Assembly: GCF_009914755.1 (NCBI RefSeq)
Contig: NC_060928.1
Strand: one strand, 5' to 3'
Source of the DNA: the human T2T-CHM13v2.0 reference genome, Homo sapiens
Length of the DNA stretch: 64,000 nt
The notes under the pieces are model-generated. The model was given only the letters and a program-made list of their open reading frames with translations, had not been told where the DNA came from and did no database searches. Below, piece by piece: positions 27,593-40,819 of the stretch. A program made the translations under genes and the position numbers. How positions within the stretch are numbered: the stretch's first letter is position 1; the number at the start of each line of letters is the position of its first letter.

Positions 27593-29879
27593 CTTCCTGC
27601 AGCTCTTTTTGCCTCTCCTTTTGTTCCCTCCTTTCCAGTTCTGGCCCCCTCCTGCCACCTAAACTCCTAAGACTCCCACCCATCGACCCCTGTGTCACTC
27701 CTTTCCATGCCTGTTCATCAGATCTCTCTCACCAGCTCATCTCAAGTGACGTAGCCCATGCTCTGCCTCCCAGTCAGCACCATCCCATCAGGTTCGTGGC
27801 AATTTTCCCTCATTGAGCAAGGGCCAAACTCACCTATTGGGTATCTAAACTACTTCATCTGCTTTTCTCAAACTGAGTCACAAGGTAGGTCTGTTTTTCC
27901 CATTTTGAAAAAGCTCTAGGTCTTCCTCTTGAAAATTCAGTACTTATGTTTTCTGATCCAGGAAAACAGACAATCGGATCTTTCTTGAAACATTGCATTT
28001 TGCAGTGAGAGCAGGGTGAAGGCATTTGAGTAGGTGCCGTTTTTCTTATAACTGAGACCAACTGCAAATTCCTTTTAGATGGCAAATGTCAATAAACATT
28101 TCTTGAGAAACTGGTTTTCTCCATCTAGAAGTAGTTGTAAGATTGCTAGATTTAATGATTTTTAAAAGTCATTAAAGATATTTAGATAAAGATAAAGATG
28201 CATTTACAGATTTCGAGAAAGCATACATCAGGGAAAATAAAAAATTAACCTGGCCTATCTATCCAGTTACCTGGGTCAAAACCTCATTTTTTTTTAATTT
28301 GAAAAGTTTAGTACAAAAAAAAGTTTAAGACATGGAGAGCCTGATTCTCCATATAGATTCCCTGTCTTCCAGTGGCAGTAGATATTTGGAGGTATAAAAG
28401 TGAAAAGAGAAACCCATGCACAGCATATGTGGCACCTGGGTCTGGCACCGCAGTGCCAGAGCATAAATAGACTGATTTTCCAGGCTTGTGTCCAGATAAG
28501 TTGTCCAAGACGAGAGCCAGGAAATCGCTCAGAGTCACAGAACCGTTGCTCGGGAAAGGACGTTGGACATCACTTGTTCCAACCCATAGAGGTTAAATGA
28601 TCAGTCCGAGCTCACCAGCAACTCCATGTGAGAAACAGGCCCAGCACCCAGACCCTCAGTCTCAGGAGGGTGCTTGCCCTCCTGCTTCACATGTCTAGTA
28701 CATCTTCCAATGTCGTTCTCTGGGCCAGTCCACCACCAAGATTCTAGTTAAAATGAGCAGCCAGATGCCAGGTAGGCTTTGGGCTAGACCATGTCTCTCT
28801 CAAGCCAGGAAACTGCCACCTCCCACCTGAGGCCCCAGGGCTGAGTCTGGCACCCGGGCAGTTTGGATCGCATTCTCAGTTAAGGGGAAGCCAGCTCCTG
28901 GCTGAGTCCCATGCAACCTTTCTGTGCTCTCATTCATTCACGTCCAGGGATCTGTTTTTATTTACTTGTTTTCATTCTTGAGAAAGTGTTACCAGTTGGA
29001 GAAGGGAAGGGCTCTCCTCTGTTGAGCTGTAACCAAAGAAAAATACAGGTCAGAAAACACATTTTTCCATCAAGGCGGGTTTGTTTGAAGCAAACCGCTG
29101 AGTGTATCCCTGCCAACTTTGAACTCATTTCCTTCGAAGTAATGATGTGAGTACAAAAGTAATAAGCCTCCAGGATGGAGTATCCAGACATAAGTTAATT
29201 AACCTGGCTTTGGGGATTTCCCTTGATTACAGATAGCCTATATACATTGCAGAATACAGAAAACTGGAGAAAACATCGACTACCTATTACTCAGCCACTC
29301 TGAAATTAATGCTAACATTTTTAGAAAATGTATATCCTTCTTTTTCTCAGTGTGTATAAAGTATTTTTAAGTGGGTTCCTGTTATTCAAATTGCTTGCTT
29401 TTTCTCTTACTTTATCTGAATATTTTGCTAGCAGTAGCCAGATTTTGATGACTAGCATACATTTAAACTAAGCCTGAGAGTATACATTCCATAAATAAGT
29501 GCATAATATTTATTTACTTAACAAGGATTACGCATGTATCTGGCCGCTAATTCCTCAGAACGTGGACTGAACAGAAATCCCCGAGATGAGCTGATGGCTG
29601 GGGGCAGTTGGGTCCCCAGGAGCCCTAGGAAGGGGAGAGATTCCAGGAGAGTTCTAATCTTTTGCAGAATAAATGAGTGGGAGGTAGAGGAAAGAAAGGG
29701 AATGGAAAAAGCAGTTTGAATCACTTCAGCAATAAACAAGACTCTTAGGTGATAGATTGCCTCTCATGTATCAAAACCTCTCAATACTGGAGGACAGCTT
29801 GGAATTGGTGTGACTCCAAGCCCAGGTGGTGGGACATTGAGGTCACCAGCACAGGCAGGGTTCCCACCTCCCCTGCCTT

Positions 29880-30050
29880 CTAGCAGTATGACCCTCGGTA
29901 AGTCGCTTAACCTCCCGGGCCTCAGTTTCTTCACTTGTATGAAGGGAATCATGTTGGTACCTACCTCCTAAGCTTGCTCTGAGAATTATGTGAGACGATT
30001 CTTATGAAAGGCCCAACAGCACTGACACGTGGCAAGTGCAGTAAATATTG
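29880..30050. mobile_element. MIR
   Basis: TGACCCTCGGTAAGTCGCTTAACCTCCCGGGCCTCAGTTTCTTCACTTGTA MIR core. Confidence 0.75.
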
Positions 30051-33000
30051 ATTGCAGTTTCTGCTGTTGCTACTATCAAGTTACCGTATCAAATGTCAGG
30101 ATGTAACCTTTAAAGCACCTTTTAAGGTAAGTTATCTGGAGTTTAGTATTTGAGTGCTGAGCCATAGAGAAATGTCTTGAGAAATGTGAGAATTCTTGAA
30201 AGCAGAAGTTCTCCAGCATACATAAGTGGTAAAACGTTGCTGGAATGTGGTATGCTGGTACAATAAGCCTTAGTGAAGTAGTTAGTGCTTGAGCACCCCA
30301 TCCCCTTTGCATCACACATTAGGTCTTTAGGTCTAAAGGGCTTCATGAACTATCTTATTTCATTGATTCTAAGTGGCACACTTTTCACATTTTAACATCT
30401 CTAAATCAGGATCTGTCTTATAATCAAAAGTGCATCATATTTAACAGATGGCGTGTTTTCTTTCTTAGTAGTACCTAAAGTAATACAACTTAAAATTGAT
30501 GGCATTTTAGATTTAATAAAATATGTTCATTTCTTTGTTCATTTTTGGTCTGGTGAGGCTTTGGCCCTGTTGTGTAGTTATTTATTTTGTTTATAGTATT
30601 TGTAAACACCAGTGTTCTCAAGAGGCTCATTCATCAATATTTAACTGCAAATTTGTTTCCCAGTCTCAGTTTTCTATAATGTAATCCATTTGTGGGGAAG
30701 GGGAAGCTAAAAATCAGTATTTCTGCCAGTATTTTCTATATAGATGTCATAAAACAAAAATACCATCATGTATTAATATTTCTACATGTGCAAGACAGCA
30801 CTTTGAATTATAAAACCCAACTTATTCTTTTGCAATGCTAAACTGGTTGATCTTCAAATCCTACTACCATGTTGGAGGTTCATATAGCAAACAATGTAAA
30901 CACACACATGTACCATAACCTAAATATAACAAAACAGACCAGTTAACTATTCTCACTCATTTAAGTCTCTTGCAGGGATTCAAGTCAGACTTATTGATAT
31001 ATTAAAATATTACAAAATCCAAGGTGATGCATATTTCCTGCCTAGGGTTTTAAAAGTGTGTTTTAACTTAATATTATGTTCTTCCAGAATTGATACATGA
31101 CTATCTGTCATTAGAAAATGCCCATCTAATTATGAGGATTTCAAAACTACTCCATCCTCCAAAGAAAAATCACATTTTTGCCACTAGATGCTATTGTAAA
31201 ACCTTTTAGAAACTTGAAAGTTTTGTTGTTTAAAATTTCTTTGTTTTTAAAGAATTCAGTGATGGTTTCCACCAATGCATTAACTTTAAATACCTTTCAT
31301 TTTGAGAGGCAAAATTTGATTTATGGATAAAATATATATACTTATGAGAGACGAATAAATTCATAGTTCTCGAGAACCCATGGGGATATTTTATGAGTTA
31401 ATAATGCCTTTTCTGAAACCAACTTTAGCCTTTATCTTAAAACCTTTTAAAATTTATGCAATATTTCATACACACTTTAAAATTTAACTTTAGCTTTTTA
31501 CAAGAAACTTCTACCAAAAAATGCAATAGTCATTAACTTGCTCTCTTTAATTATCAAAATATAATCTAGCTAGTATTTAATTTAACATTTTATTTATTTT
31601 TACTAAGTAAATATTGTAATAGCAGGATAATTTTGGACTTCATTCTAGAGTCAATTGGCTCCCAGTGAAAGACAATGTAAAATTACATTGATTTTGTTTT
31701 CCAATTACAGAAGTAATACATAGTCATTATAGAACATTTTGGAATATATAAAATGTATGTAAAGAGAAGGAAAAGTCACCCAAAACTTAAGCACATTAAA
31801 AATAATCACAATTAACATTTTTGTATTTTCTTACTATCTTTTTTTCTATATGTTTATGTATAGGCATGTATATAATCATATACATGTAAACATCAAACTA
31901 TGTATACAGTTTACATTTCCTATCATTAGTAAGTATTTTCACGTATCATTAACTATTATTCAACATCTTATTTTTTCATGATTATATTGCCTTTATGGAC
32001 ATGCAGTAATTCATTCAATCATTCCCCAATTATTGGATATTTAAGTTGTTTCAATTTTTTTTACTATTGTAAATTCCATCAAGCATAAAACTGACACAAT
32101 TGAAGTACTACTGAGAGAGAGGAACACAAGCATTAGAGTAATTACTGGAGGTGCCATGGAGATGAACATGACAGTGATGTACCAAGTGGATTGGACAGTG
32201 AGGTTCAAATCACAGAGACTTCTTAGTGGAGAACAAGGAAGAAAGGCAAACCTGGAGTCCCAGCCATAGAAACAGAAAGGAAATGATTGATATGAAAACT
32301 AGTATGTTAGAAACTTAGAAGGACTTGGCAAATGATGAATATTCATGAGGTATGAGTCAAAGATCACTTGAAAGTTTATGTGATGGGAAGAACTGCTGCC
32401 ATAAACAGAAATTGTCAAATTTGGAGGAGAAGGCCATTGACCCTAGAGGTGAAACCGAAGCTCTGATGGACTCTCACAGCTGGAGATGAAAATACGAGTT
32501 ATACACGGAGAATGTAATGGTGAATCCATGGGAATAATTGATATATTTGAGGGTAATTCAGCACAAGTGGAGGAAAACAGGGTCCAGTTGAAATCTTTCA
32601 GAATGACCCATATTTTGATGAAAAGGAGTAAGAACCAGTGAGAAAAGAGTAGTCTGAAAGTGGGGAGGAGAGGGAAAAGGAGAGAATGAATTAGAACTCC
32701 AGTAATAGAGATTCACTGGGAGCCCAGGAAGGATGAGAACTGCAGGCTAAAATCCACAATGGTAAGGGCCACAGGCAACTATGCCAAGACAGGCCACTGA
32801 GAAGTTAATTGTAACCTTTAAAGAACCACAAAAAGACTTCACTGGTGTTATGACCCTAAGCCAGCTTGAAAGGCTTTCAAGAACAAGTAGGTGATAGCCA
32901 TGATTTTGAGCTTTTGGTGGTGAAAGAAAAGAAAATGTGGGATGTGCGTCCAAGGCAGTCATAGGAGGTTTGGTGAGATGGTGAACCGCATGGGTGTCCT

Positions 33001-33183
33001 GTTCTCCATAGAATGTCTCCTTCCAACCAATCCAGGCTCTCGCCATGAAGCTGCCTGGGAAGTAGAAGAGGGAATTCATATGGCCAAACCACTTTGTTGA
33101 CCTAAAAATTACTGCTTAAAAAATAATTTTTAGAACTTTTAAAGGAATCATTTATTCAAGGGGGAAAAAAATCTCTTTTTCAG

Positions 33184-33274
33184 GCAACCACTGAGAAAAC
33201 GGAACCGAATAGTCAAGAGGACAAGAATGATGGTGGAAAATCAAGAAAAGGGAATATAGAACTTGCCTCATCAG
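33184..33274 (+). CDS. LIMCH1: Exon, 91 nt, phase 0-1 ([10 protein letters not shown]…IELASS)
   Basis: ctctttttcag| acceptor; CAG|gtttgt donor. Confidence 0.93.
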
Positions 33275-33402
33275 GTTTGTTTCATAAGAGACTAGTTTTA
33301 AGGCAAATCATGGTAACTGTTTAAGATGTAATGGAAATAGTCAAGAATTTTTCCTACTGAGCCACAGGAAAGTAGTAATTAGACTCCAGGAGTGGTGCGG
33401 TT

Positions 33403-33421
33403 GTGCTGCCACCTAGAGGCT
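33403..33421 (-). promoter_or_regulatory. Candidate CTCF motif
   Basis: Minus strand AGCCTCTAGGTGGCAGCAC closely fits the CTCF core CC-S-Y-AG-R-K-GGC-R-S. Motif match only. Confidence 0.5.
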
Positions 33422-34584
33422 TCCTGGGGAAGTTCTGCCCGTATGGTTAATGTTGCTGTGAAAATAGGAGCCCATGCTCTTTCTTAAAGCTACCCAGTTT
33501 TATTTTGTTTTTTAAAATATTTATCCCTATAATCATAAAGAATATTGTGTTCTTCCATATAAATCATGCTAAAAATTGAGGGTAGGATTTTGACACACAG
33601 TAACAGCAATAGATAAGCGAGAGGTCAAAAACATAAAAATAGACGCTGAAATGGTAAAGCTCACATATAGTTAAAAATGAATAAAATAGTGCCATGAATC
33701 TGGACAGTGAGTATAATATACTGTATTCGTTGTTTTAGGAAGAAGACCCTGTTCCCGAAAGTCTTGTTCCTCAATATTTTTTTGCAGCCTTATCAATATG
33801 TTTAACACTTTTCTTCTTTTGATAAACAGTAAAACCTCTCACCCTCTTTCAATACCAAATTATTATTTTTTATAAGGCCTTTCTCCAGTGTTTACCACTT
33901 GAGAAACATAATTTGTCAATTACCAAATTATTTTTAGGTAACATTTTTAAATAAATTAAATATCACTTAAAATAATAGCATTTACTTTTTCAAACTAGAT
34001 TGTGCCTTCACATTTTGATATGCCCCCTTAGGTAGTGACTTTTCCACCCCTTCTAAAGTGAACCTAATTCTTCTTTATGTATCAGAGAACACTTTATTTT
34101 CATTGCATTATATACATATACCCCACAATCCGTAACACATTCCAATTAAGAAATTCTGATGTTAAAATGGAGCATTGAAATACAAAAAAAGGAAGCATCA
34201 GGTTGCTGCTCATTCACTGGGATAGAAACTACCTGTAGATGTTCTCTTATCTAGCCCAGCTGTCATAATTATATATTTCGTGTCAGCATTCTGTTCCATG
34301 TGGTGTTATTCAGATGTAAACCGTGACCCTTACTAAAAACTTAAGTTCTTCATAGTGTGGTTATAGGACGTGATTTGTGTTGCTTGTTGTTCAATACCAT
34401 GAAAGAGCTTTGGGAATTCCAGCATCTTAGGCTCTTTTATATCTCTGAGCACACTGTCATTCAGCTTATATTGCCAGGACGGGATATGGACTGAATGTAC
34501 TTCATGGCATTGCAGAATAAATGGTCCTATAGATATTTGATTTTCTTTTCCTTCTGTACGTTTCTGGATGTAACTCCATTGCAG

Positions 34585-34748
34585 AACCACAGCATTTTAC
34601 AACAACTGTGACTCGATGCAGCCCGACCGTGGCCTTTGTGGAATTTCCCTCCAGCCCCCAGCTGAAGAATGATGTGTCGGAAGAAAAAGACCAGAAGAAA
34701 CCAGAAAATGAAATGAGTGGAAAGGTGGAGTTGGTGCTGTCACAAAAG
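34585..34748 (+). CDS. LIMCH1: Exon, 164 nt, phase 1-0 ([10 protein letters not shown]…LVLSQK)
   Basis: ccattgcag| acceptor; AAG|gtgaag donor; frame continuous. Confidence 0.93.
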
Positions 34749-34879
34749 GTGAAGTGCAGAGTGGAGGAAAGCGGTTAAACCCACAAGTTAACATGGCCCC
34801 ATATTACAGCTAGCTGCTGCTGTGGCAGTTGTGAATAATGAAGATTTATTTCTCTCCTCATCTTTTTTCCTATCTTTAA

Positions 34880-35149
<270 letters not shown>

Positions 35150-35499
35150 TAATATAAGTTCTAAAGCCTTGCAGTTAGGTTTTAGTTTGCTGTGTGTGTT
35201 TGCTTATTTGCTTTTTAACCTGTCAGCTTACTGGCTAGTCTCTCTCCAATAATCATCTATTTGTTAGCCATGGTAATTCTGATGCCACTGGATTTGGATA
35301 ACAAGAAACCTAGAAAATTATTATTCTGATATAATAGGTTTTAAAGTCTTGTTTTTATTAAAGTTTCTTCCTTGTTTAGAGTCTCATCTCATTCACATTA
35401 GTTTGATTTGTTTTCAGGTACAGAGTCTAAAAATATTCATCAGTTACACCAGTTGTTCGCAACCTTGATTACTCTTGGGAATTTAAAAAATAACAAGCT

Positions 35500-35822
35500 A
35501 GCTGGGTGTGGTGGCTCACAACTGTAATCCCAGCACTTTGGGAGGCCAGGGCAGGAGGATCACTTGAGCCCAGGAGTTCAAGACTAGCCTGGGCAACCCA
35601 GAAAGTCTTCATCTCTAAAAAAAAAAAAAAAAAAAAATAGTAATAATAATAATAGTTAGCCAGGCATGGTGGTGAGTGCCTGTAATTCCAGATACTGTGG
35701 AGGCTTAGGTGGGAGGATCACTTAGCCCAAGAGGTCAAGGCTGCTGTGAGCTGTGATTATACCACTGCACTCTAACCTGGGCGACACAGCTAGACCCCAT
35801 CTCAAAAACAAACAAACAAAAC
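35500..35822 (+). mobile_element. AluJ-like, inserted in a probable MER5 (hAT) remnant
   Basis: Alu dimer; downstream TTAGAATCTGTGGAGGCAGAGCCCAGGCATCTGTATTTTTTAAAGCTCCCAGGTAATT is MER5-like. Confidence 0.88.
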
Positions 35823-38324
35823 AATCCAAGCCCATTCCAGACCAAATAAATTAGAATCTGTGGAGGCAGAGCCCAGGCATCTGTATTTTTTAAAGCTCCC
35901 AGGTAATTTTAATGGGCCACCACTACGGACTTGCACAACTGGAAGACTATCCGTAGTGGTGTACCACCTTTCAGAATGGACCCTCAATTTGGGTATGACC
36001 TTAAAGTGAAAAATCTGCCACTTGTAGTTCCAGTTTATTCATCATTTACTCAACCAGTATTGGCTGTGCACCTACTATGTCATGCCTGGCCCTGTGCTAG
36101 GTACTGGATAGTCAACAGTGAACATGATGCACTCCCTGGCCTTAGGAGCTGAGAATTCTGTATCCTTGGTAGAGCCTCTAAAATGCCTGTTGCCTTGATG
36201 CGTTTTCAATATTTCAGACCCTAGCTATTCTTCATTTTTATAGATAATTAATGGTCTGCAGGTCTGGAAAGGGGAACTAAACTGGGAGTCAAACGTTGGG
36301 AGGCAGGCAGAATTTCCCACCTTTGCAGGTTTCGTTTTATCAGCATCACACTAGTTACTATTATTTATTACCCTTCCAAATTTACTTGCTTTTCCCACTT
36401 AAATCTAAACTGAAAGGAAAAATCTGTATCATTGCAAGTAAAACATATAACTTGAACAGAATGAATACCCTAAGTAAAAAGCAGTCATTGCGAACCTCAT
36501 CTGTGGAACCTCATCTTGGAGTTCATCTGTGGATCACCAGAGTCACACCTGCCCTACTATGGAAAAAAGTGTTTTCAGGACTTCTTCAGTTTGTTCGTGT
36601 GTGTGTTTTTGTGCATTGTGCCTTTTGGTCATCTGGTAAACATTATTCTCAGAATATTTTTTAAGCGTAAAATAAAATACACAGGATTACCAAGTTATTC
36701 TTGGTATCATGTGGTGCCAAATATATATATAGCCCCTGAATACTGTTTTGTTGACTCCAGGATAAGAACCCCTGCCAGCTGATGAGCAAATGGAATCATG
36801 GTCTTTGAATCAAACACTTTTCTCACTTAGACTATGTGAATTTCTCCCTTTTCTTCCTTTCTTACTGTACGGCTAGCTCTTAGATAAAGGGCGAATGGTG
36901 GCCACTGTGATTGCAACAGCTTTTATTTCCTGATTTCACTTGAGAGTGTTTCCTTTATAAAGCAAAGCACCCATGCTTACAGGCTTACCTTTTTACATAG
37001 CGGTCATTTTGATCATTGCTGATGACCCTTAACTGTTTCATTTACAACCAGGCATTACTGAAACATGTTTTTGCCAGCCTCCACTACAAGGAAATGCTAT
37101 GAGGTTAATGACTGGTGGGTTGTCAGCTTTGGGAAGGCTAGACCTTATCATTTGCTGTGTAGCACCAACGTTCATTTGGACACCTCGTTGACCTCTGTAA
37201 TGCAGAATGAGGTGATTAGTTTTCTTTAAGATTCTCTTAGAGTTGAATATATTATTCATAAAAATTCCTTCTGAGGATAAATTCTAACATTAATTTATTC
37301 TGAGGACCAAATTAGGGATCAGCATATGATGAAACAAGTGCTCTGTGGTCTCACTCGCCCTGAGGTCATTGATCTATAGGGAACACAGCCACCAGCCAAA
37401 GAGTGAATCAGAGAAGGTCCTGCGAGCAGCTGAAAAAAACATAAATTTATACAGCCACGCTCCTCATTCAGACCTATGCACAGTGTCAACCAATGCTTAT
37501 TTTAGACATTTTTGTTTTAATAAGTTTGGTAATCTGGTCTTTCAGCAATCAGCTAATCAGAAGCAACAAACCAGAAGAAGGGTGTTTCTACTAAAGGTCA
37601 TTCATATTAGGGAGAAACAAAATTAAGTAGCAATAACAAGAAAAATCTGTTTTACAAAGCAAACATAAGAATTTTTAAAGTCTGTAATTTTGGAACTATT
37701 TACAAGTAGTAACAAGTAGTCCAACATGCCTCAAAAATTCCCTAAGGGCATCAGATACTAAGGCACTGTTCGACAGTGGTTGTTTATAATAATGTTTCTT
37801 TGTCAGCAGGCAAAGTATACTGTCTTTAATGTGCTTTGCATAAATTTGTGGGGGGTTATGTAATGTCTTTAGAATAATATCCATTGAAAAGTAATACTAC
37901 TTTAATGTTTAGCACTTATGGAGTAAGATTTGTTTTAATTATCTTATGTGGAACATCTAAATCTCCTGACATTACAGATTCAGTTTTGTGTGGTACCATG
38001 AAGAGAATTTGTGATTGTTCAATAAGAAAATAAGAGAGTAATGTATAATTCCAAAGATGTAATATTGTCTTCTGGTTTGGAGAAAAGTGGTCATTACGTT
38101 TTTACGCTCATGTTTGATTTATCTAAAAAATTGACGCTCTGTTAATGTAGAGAAGGATGAAAGCGTTTTAGGGAAGAAACAAAAAATGAAATGTTTAAAT
38201 TTAAATGTTAACTGTTTGAACTGAATGACTTCTATAACAGCCATGGATCCTTAAATTGTGTGTCACCTGTGCATTTATCAATGGACAGTTCTTGCAATAT
38301 TTATACCTGTTTTCCATTGTCCAG

Positions 38325-38430
38325 GTGGTAAAGCCAAAATCTCCAGAACCCGAAGCAACGCTGACATTTCCATTTCTGGACAAAATGCCTGAAGCCAACC
38401 AACTACATTTGCCAAATCTCAATTCTCAAG
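38325..38430 (+). CDS. LIMCH1: Exon, 106 nt, phase 0-1 ([10 protein letters not shown]…PNLNSQ)
   Basis: ttttccattgtccag| acceptor; AAG|gtaaag donor. Confidence 0.94.
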
Positions 38431-38683
38431 GTAAAGAGGACATGTTTTATTTTAGGTCTGCATGTTCTGGGCCCATCTGTAGTAAACTATTACTTAATTT
38501 AAAGGAAGATTACGTCCTTTATGTTGCTATTCCTTTAGCCAGGGTGTTTGCCAGAGTCTGTGATAGCTGAATTTATGACTTCAGAATGGAAAGCTGGAGC
38601 CGGATTCTCTATTTGAGCAGACCAGGAACCCTAGCTGCCAAGGCCATTTGGTCAGCCAGGCACTATAGGCACAATAGAGCCTA

Positions 38684-38917
<234 letters not shown>

Positions 38918-39112
38918 TCATAAATTAATGTACTTAATAGAAAGTTTAATATTATGTATATTTCACTGTTAATTCTAGTCTTCATAAATGTCCATTTAAT
39001 TTGACAGTAATTTTGAGAAAAAGCTTTATTTTTTTTTACTCCACAATAATTCCTGGGTGCATGATGATTATTGAGAAATCATTCACCATCATAGATTAAA
39101 CAGGTTATAAAC

Positions 39113-39226
39113 AAACATTTTAATCTTTATGTGTGTGTATTACATAAATTACATTCTCATATATATATGAGAAACATGTGTGTGTGTGTAATACACATAC
39201 ATAATACTAAAGATTTAAAAATGTTT
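39113..39226. repeat. AT-rich imperfect inverted repeat with a perfect 20-bp palindromic core
   Basis: Core TTCTCATATATATATGAGAA (39154-39173); arms AAACATTTTAATCTTTA…TGTGTATTACA / TGTAATACACA…TAAAGATTTAAAAATGTTT. Confidence 0.85.
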
Positions 39227-39613
39227 AACACATACATACTGAGGATATATTTTAATATGTTTGATGTATTTTAATGTGTTTGATATAATGTGGGAAGGGG
39301 TTGCCTCTAGAAACGTGGGCATTTAGGGCCTATAAGAAGGTCTTAAAATGGCACTGACCACTGAAAATTCCCCAAGTACTGTGTAGACCATATATAGGGT
39401 TGTGAATTCACCCCTTTACTCTTTAAGAACCCAATTTGAATCCCTTTATCCTAGTGGGAATCCCAGGTGCCCATGACCACCAGAAAGGGCCCTGAGGGAT
39501 GTGAACAGTGGAGGATGGGTTCTGAGAATTCCACAACCCAGAGGGACTATGCTTCAAAACAACTAGACCGCTGAGTTTTACTGCTGTGAGATCTCTCTCT
39601 AGATGTGGAAATG

Positions 39614-39748
39614 GGCCAGATGCAGTGGCTCACACCTGTAATCCCAATACTTTGGGAGGCCGAGGCAGGAGGAGCACTTGAGGCCAGCAGTTGAGACCAG
39701 CCTGTGCAACATAGCAAGACTTTGTCGCTACCAAAAAAAAAAAAAAAT
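39614..39748 (+). mobile_element. Alu left-arm monomer (FLAM-like)
   Basis: GGCCAGATGCAGTGGCTCACACCTGTAATCCC… ending in an A-tail. Confidence 0.85.
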
Positions 39749-40457
39749 TTTAAATATAAACATTTTTTAAAAAAAGAAACAGCCAGAGTTCAGGAGGCAA
39801 GAACTGTAGGGTTTCTTGTTTTTCTTTTTTAACAGACTTTCTCCAGTGTGTTTTGTAGATTTAGCTTATTTTTACTTTTCTTTTTAAGGGTGGGCAGCTA
39901 TTTGAGCCACTGGCAGAATCTGAGTTGGCTTCCATTAGCTATTATTGATGTTTGGCAGATAAGTTGGGTTTTATCTACATAACAGGGAACTCTTGGCAAT
40001 AATTAACTGGTACATGTGCTGATGGATACTAGGTTCTTAATGTGGAAACAAGTTTAATACTGTTTTCAAAGCATTTGTCTTAAATTTGTCCGTCCTACTG
40101 TCCTGAAGGGAATTAAAAATAAAGTGTCACAACTGGGCCAGCAAATGGCCATATTTGGACCAATTTTAATTCTGCCCTATTTCTAGTACTTTGTAATTGT
40201 GTAGATAAGTGGTATAGAGAGGGAATAAATATTTTAAGCCATTTTAAAGCCATGTTTTGTTTTCTTATAAATTTACACATTTCATTACTTATTGTGAGGC
40301 ATTTTGATTTTGTAAAATGTGCTGCTGAATTGAGAAACTTTACTTCATTCTTTACCCAAGTCGAATGACTAAAAAATAAAATTTAGTAGAGTACTGAAAC
40401 ATTTCAAAATGTATTCTTTAAGATAGAATTGTATTTGGAATACACCAGTTGTATACT

Positions 40458-40819
40458 TGTATTAGTTTGTTTTCATGCTGTTGATAAAGACATACCTGAG
40501 ACTGGGTAATTTATAAAGGAAAGAGGCTTCATTGACTCATAGTTCCACATGGCTGAAGAGGCCTCACAGTCATGGTGGAAGATGAAGGAAGAGCAACGGG
40601 ACATCTTACATGGTGGCCAGCAAAGAGAGAGCTTGTGTAGGGAAACTTCCCTTTATAAAACCATCAGATCTCGTGAGACTTATTCACTATCACAAGAATA
40701 GCACAAGAAAGACCCACCCTCATGATTCAGTTACCTCCCACCAGGTCCCTCCCATGACATGTGGGAATCATGGGAGCTTTGATTCAAGATTTGGGAGGGG
40801 ACATAGCCAAACCGTATGA
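40458..40819 (-). mobile_element. THE1-family (ERVL-MaLR) solo LTR, 362 bp
   Basis: TGTATTAGTTTGTTTTCATGCTG…GATAAAGACATACCTGAGACTGGGTAATTTATAAAG…GCCAAACCGTATGA; 5-bp TSD ATACT. Confidence 0.9.

Noticed and set aside
28484-28591. 108-nt open phase-0 pseudo-exon
   Set aside because: Weak donor (gttaaa), and the 3' half looks MIR-derived.
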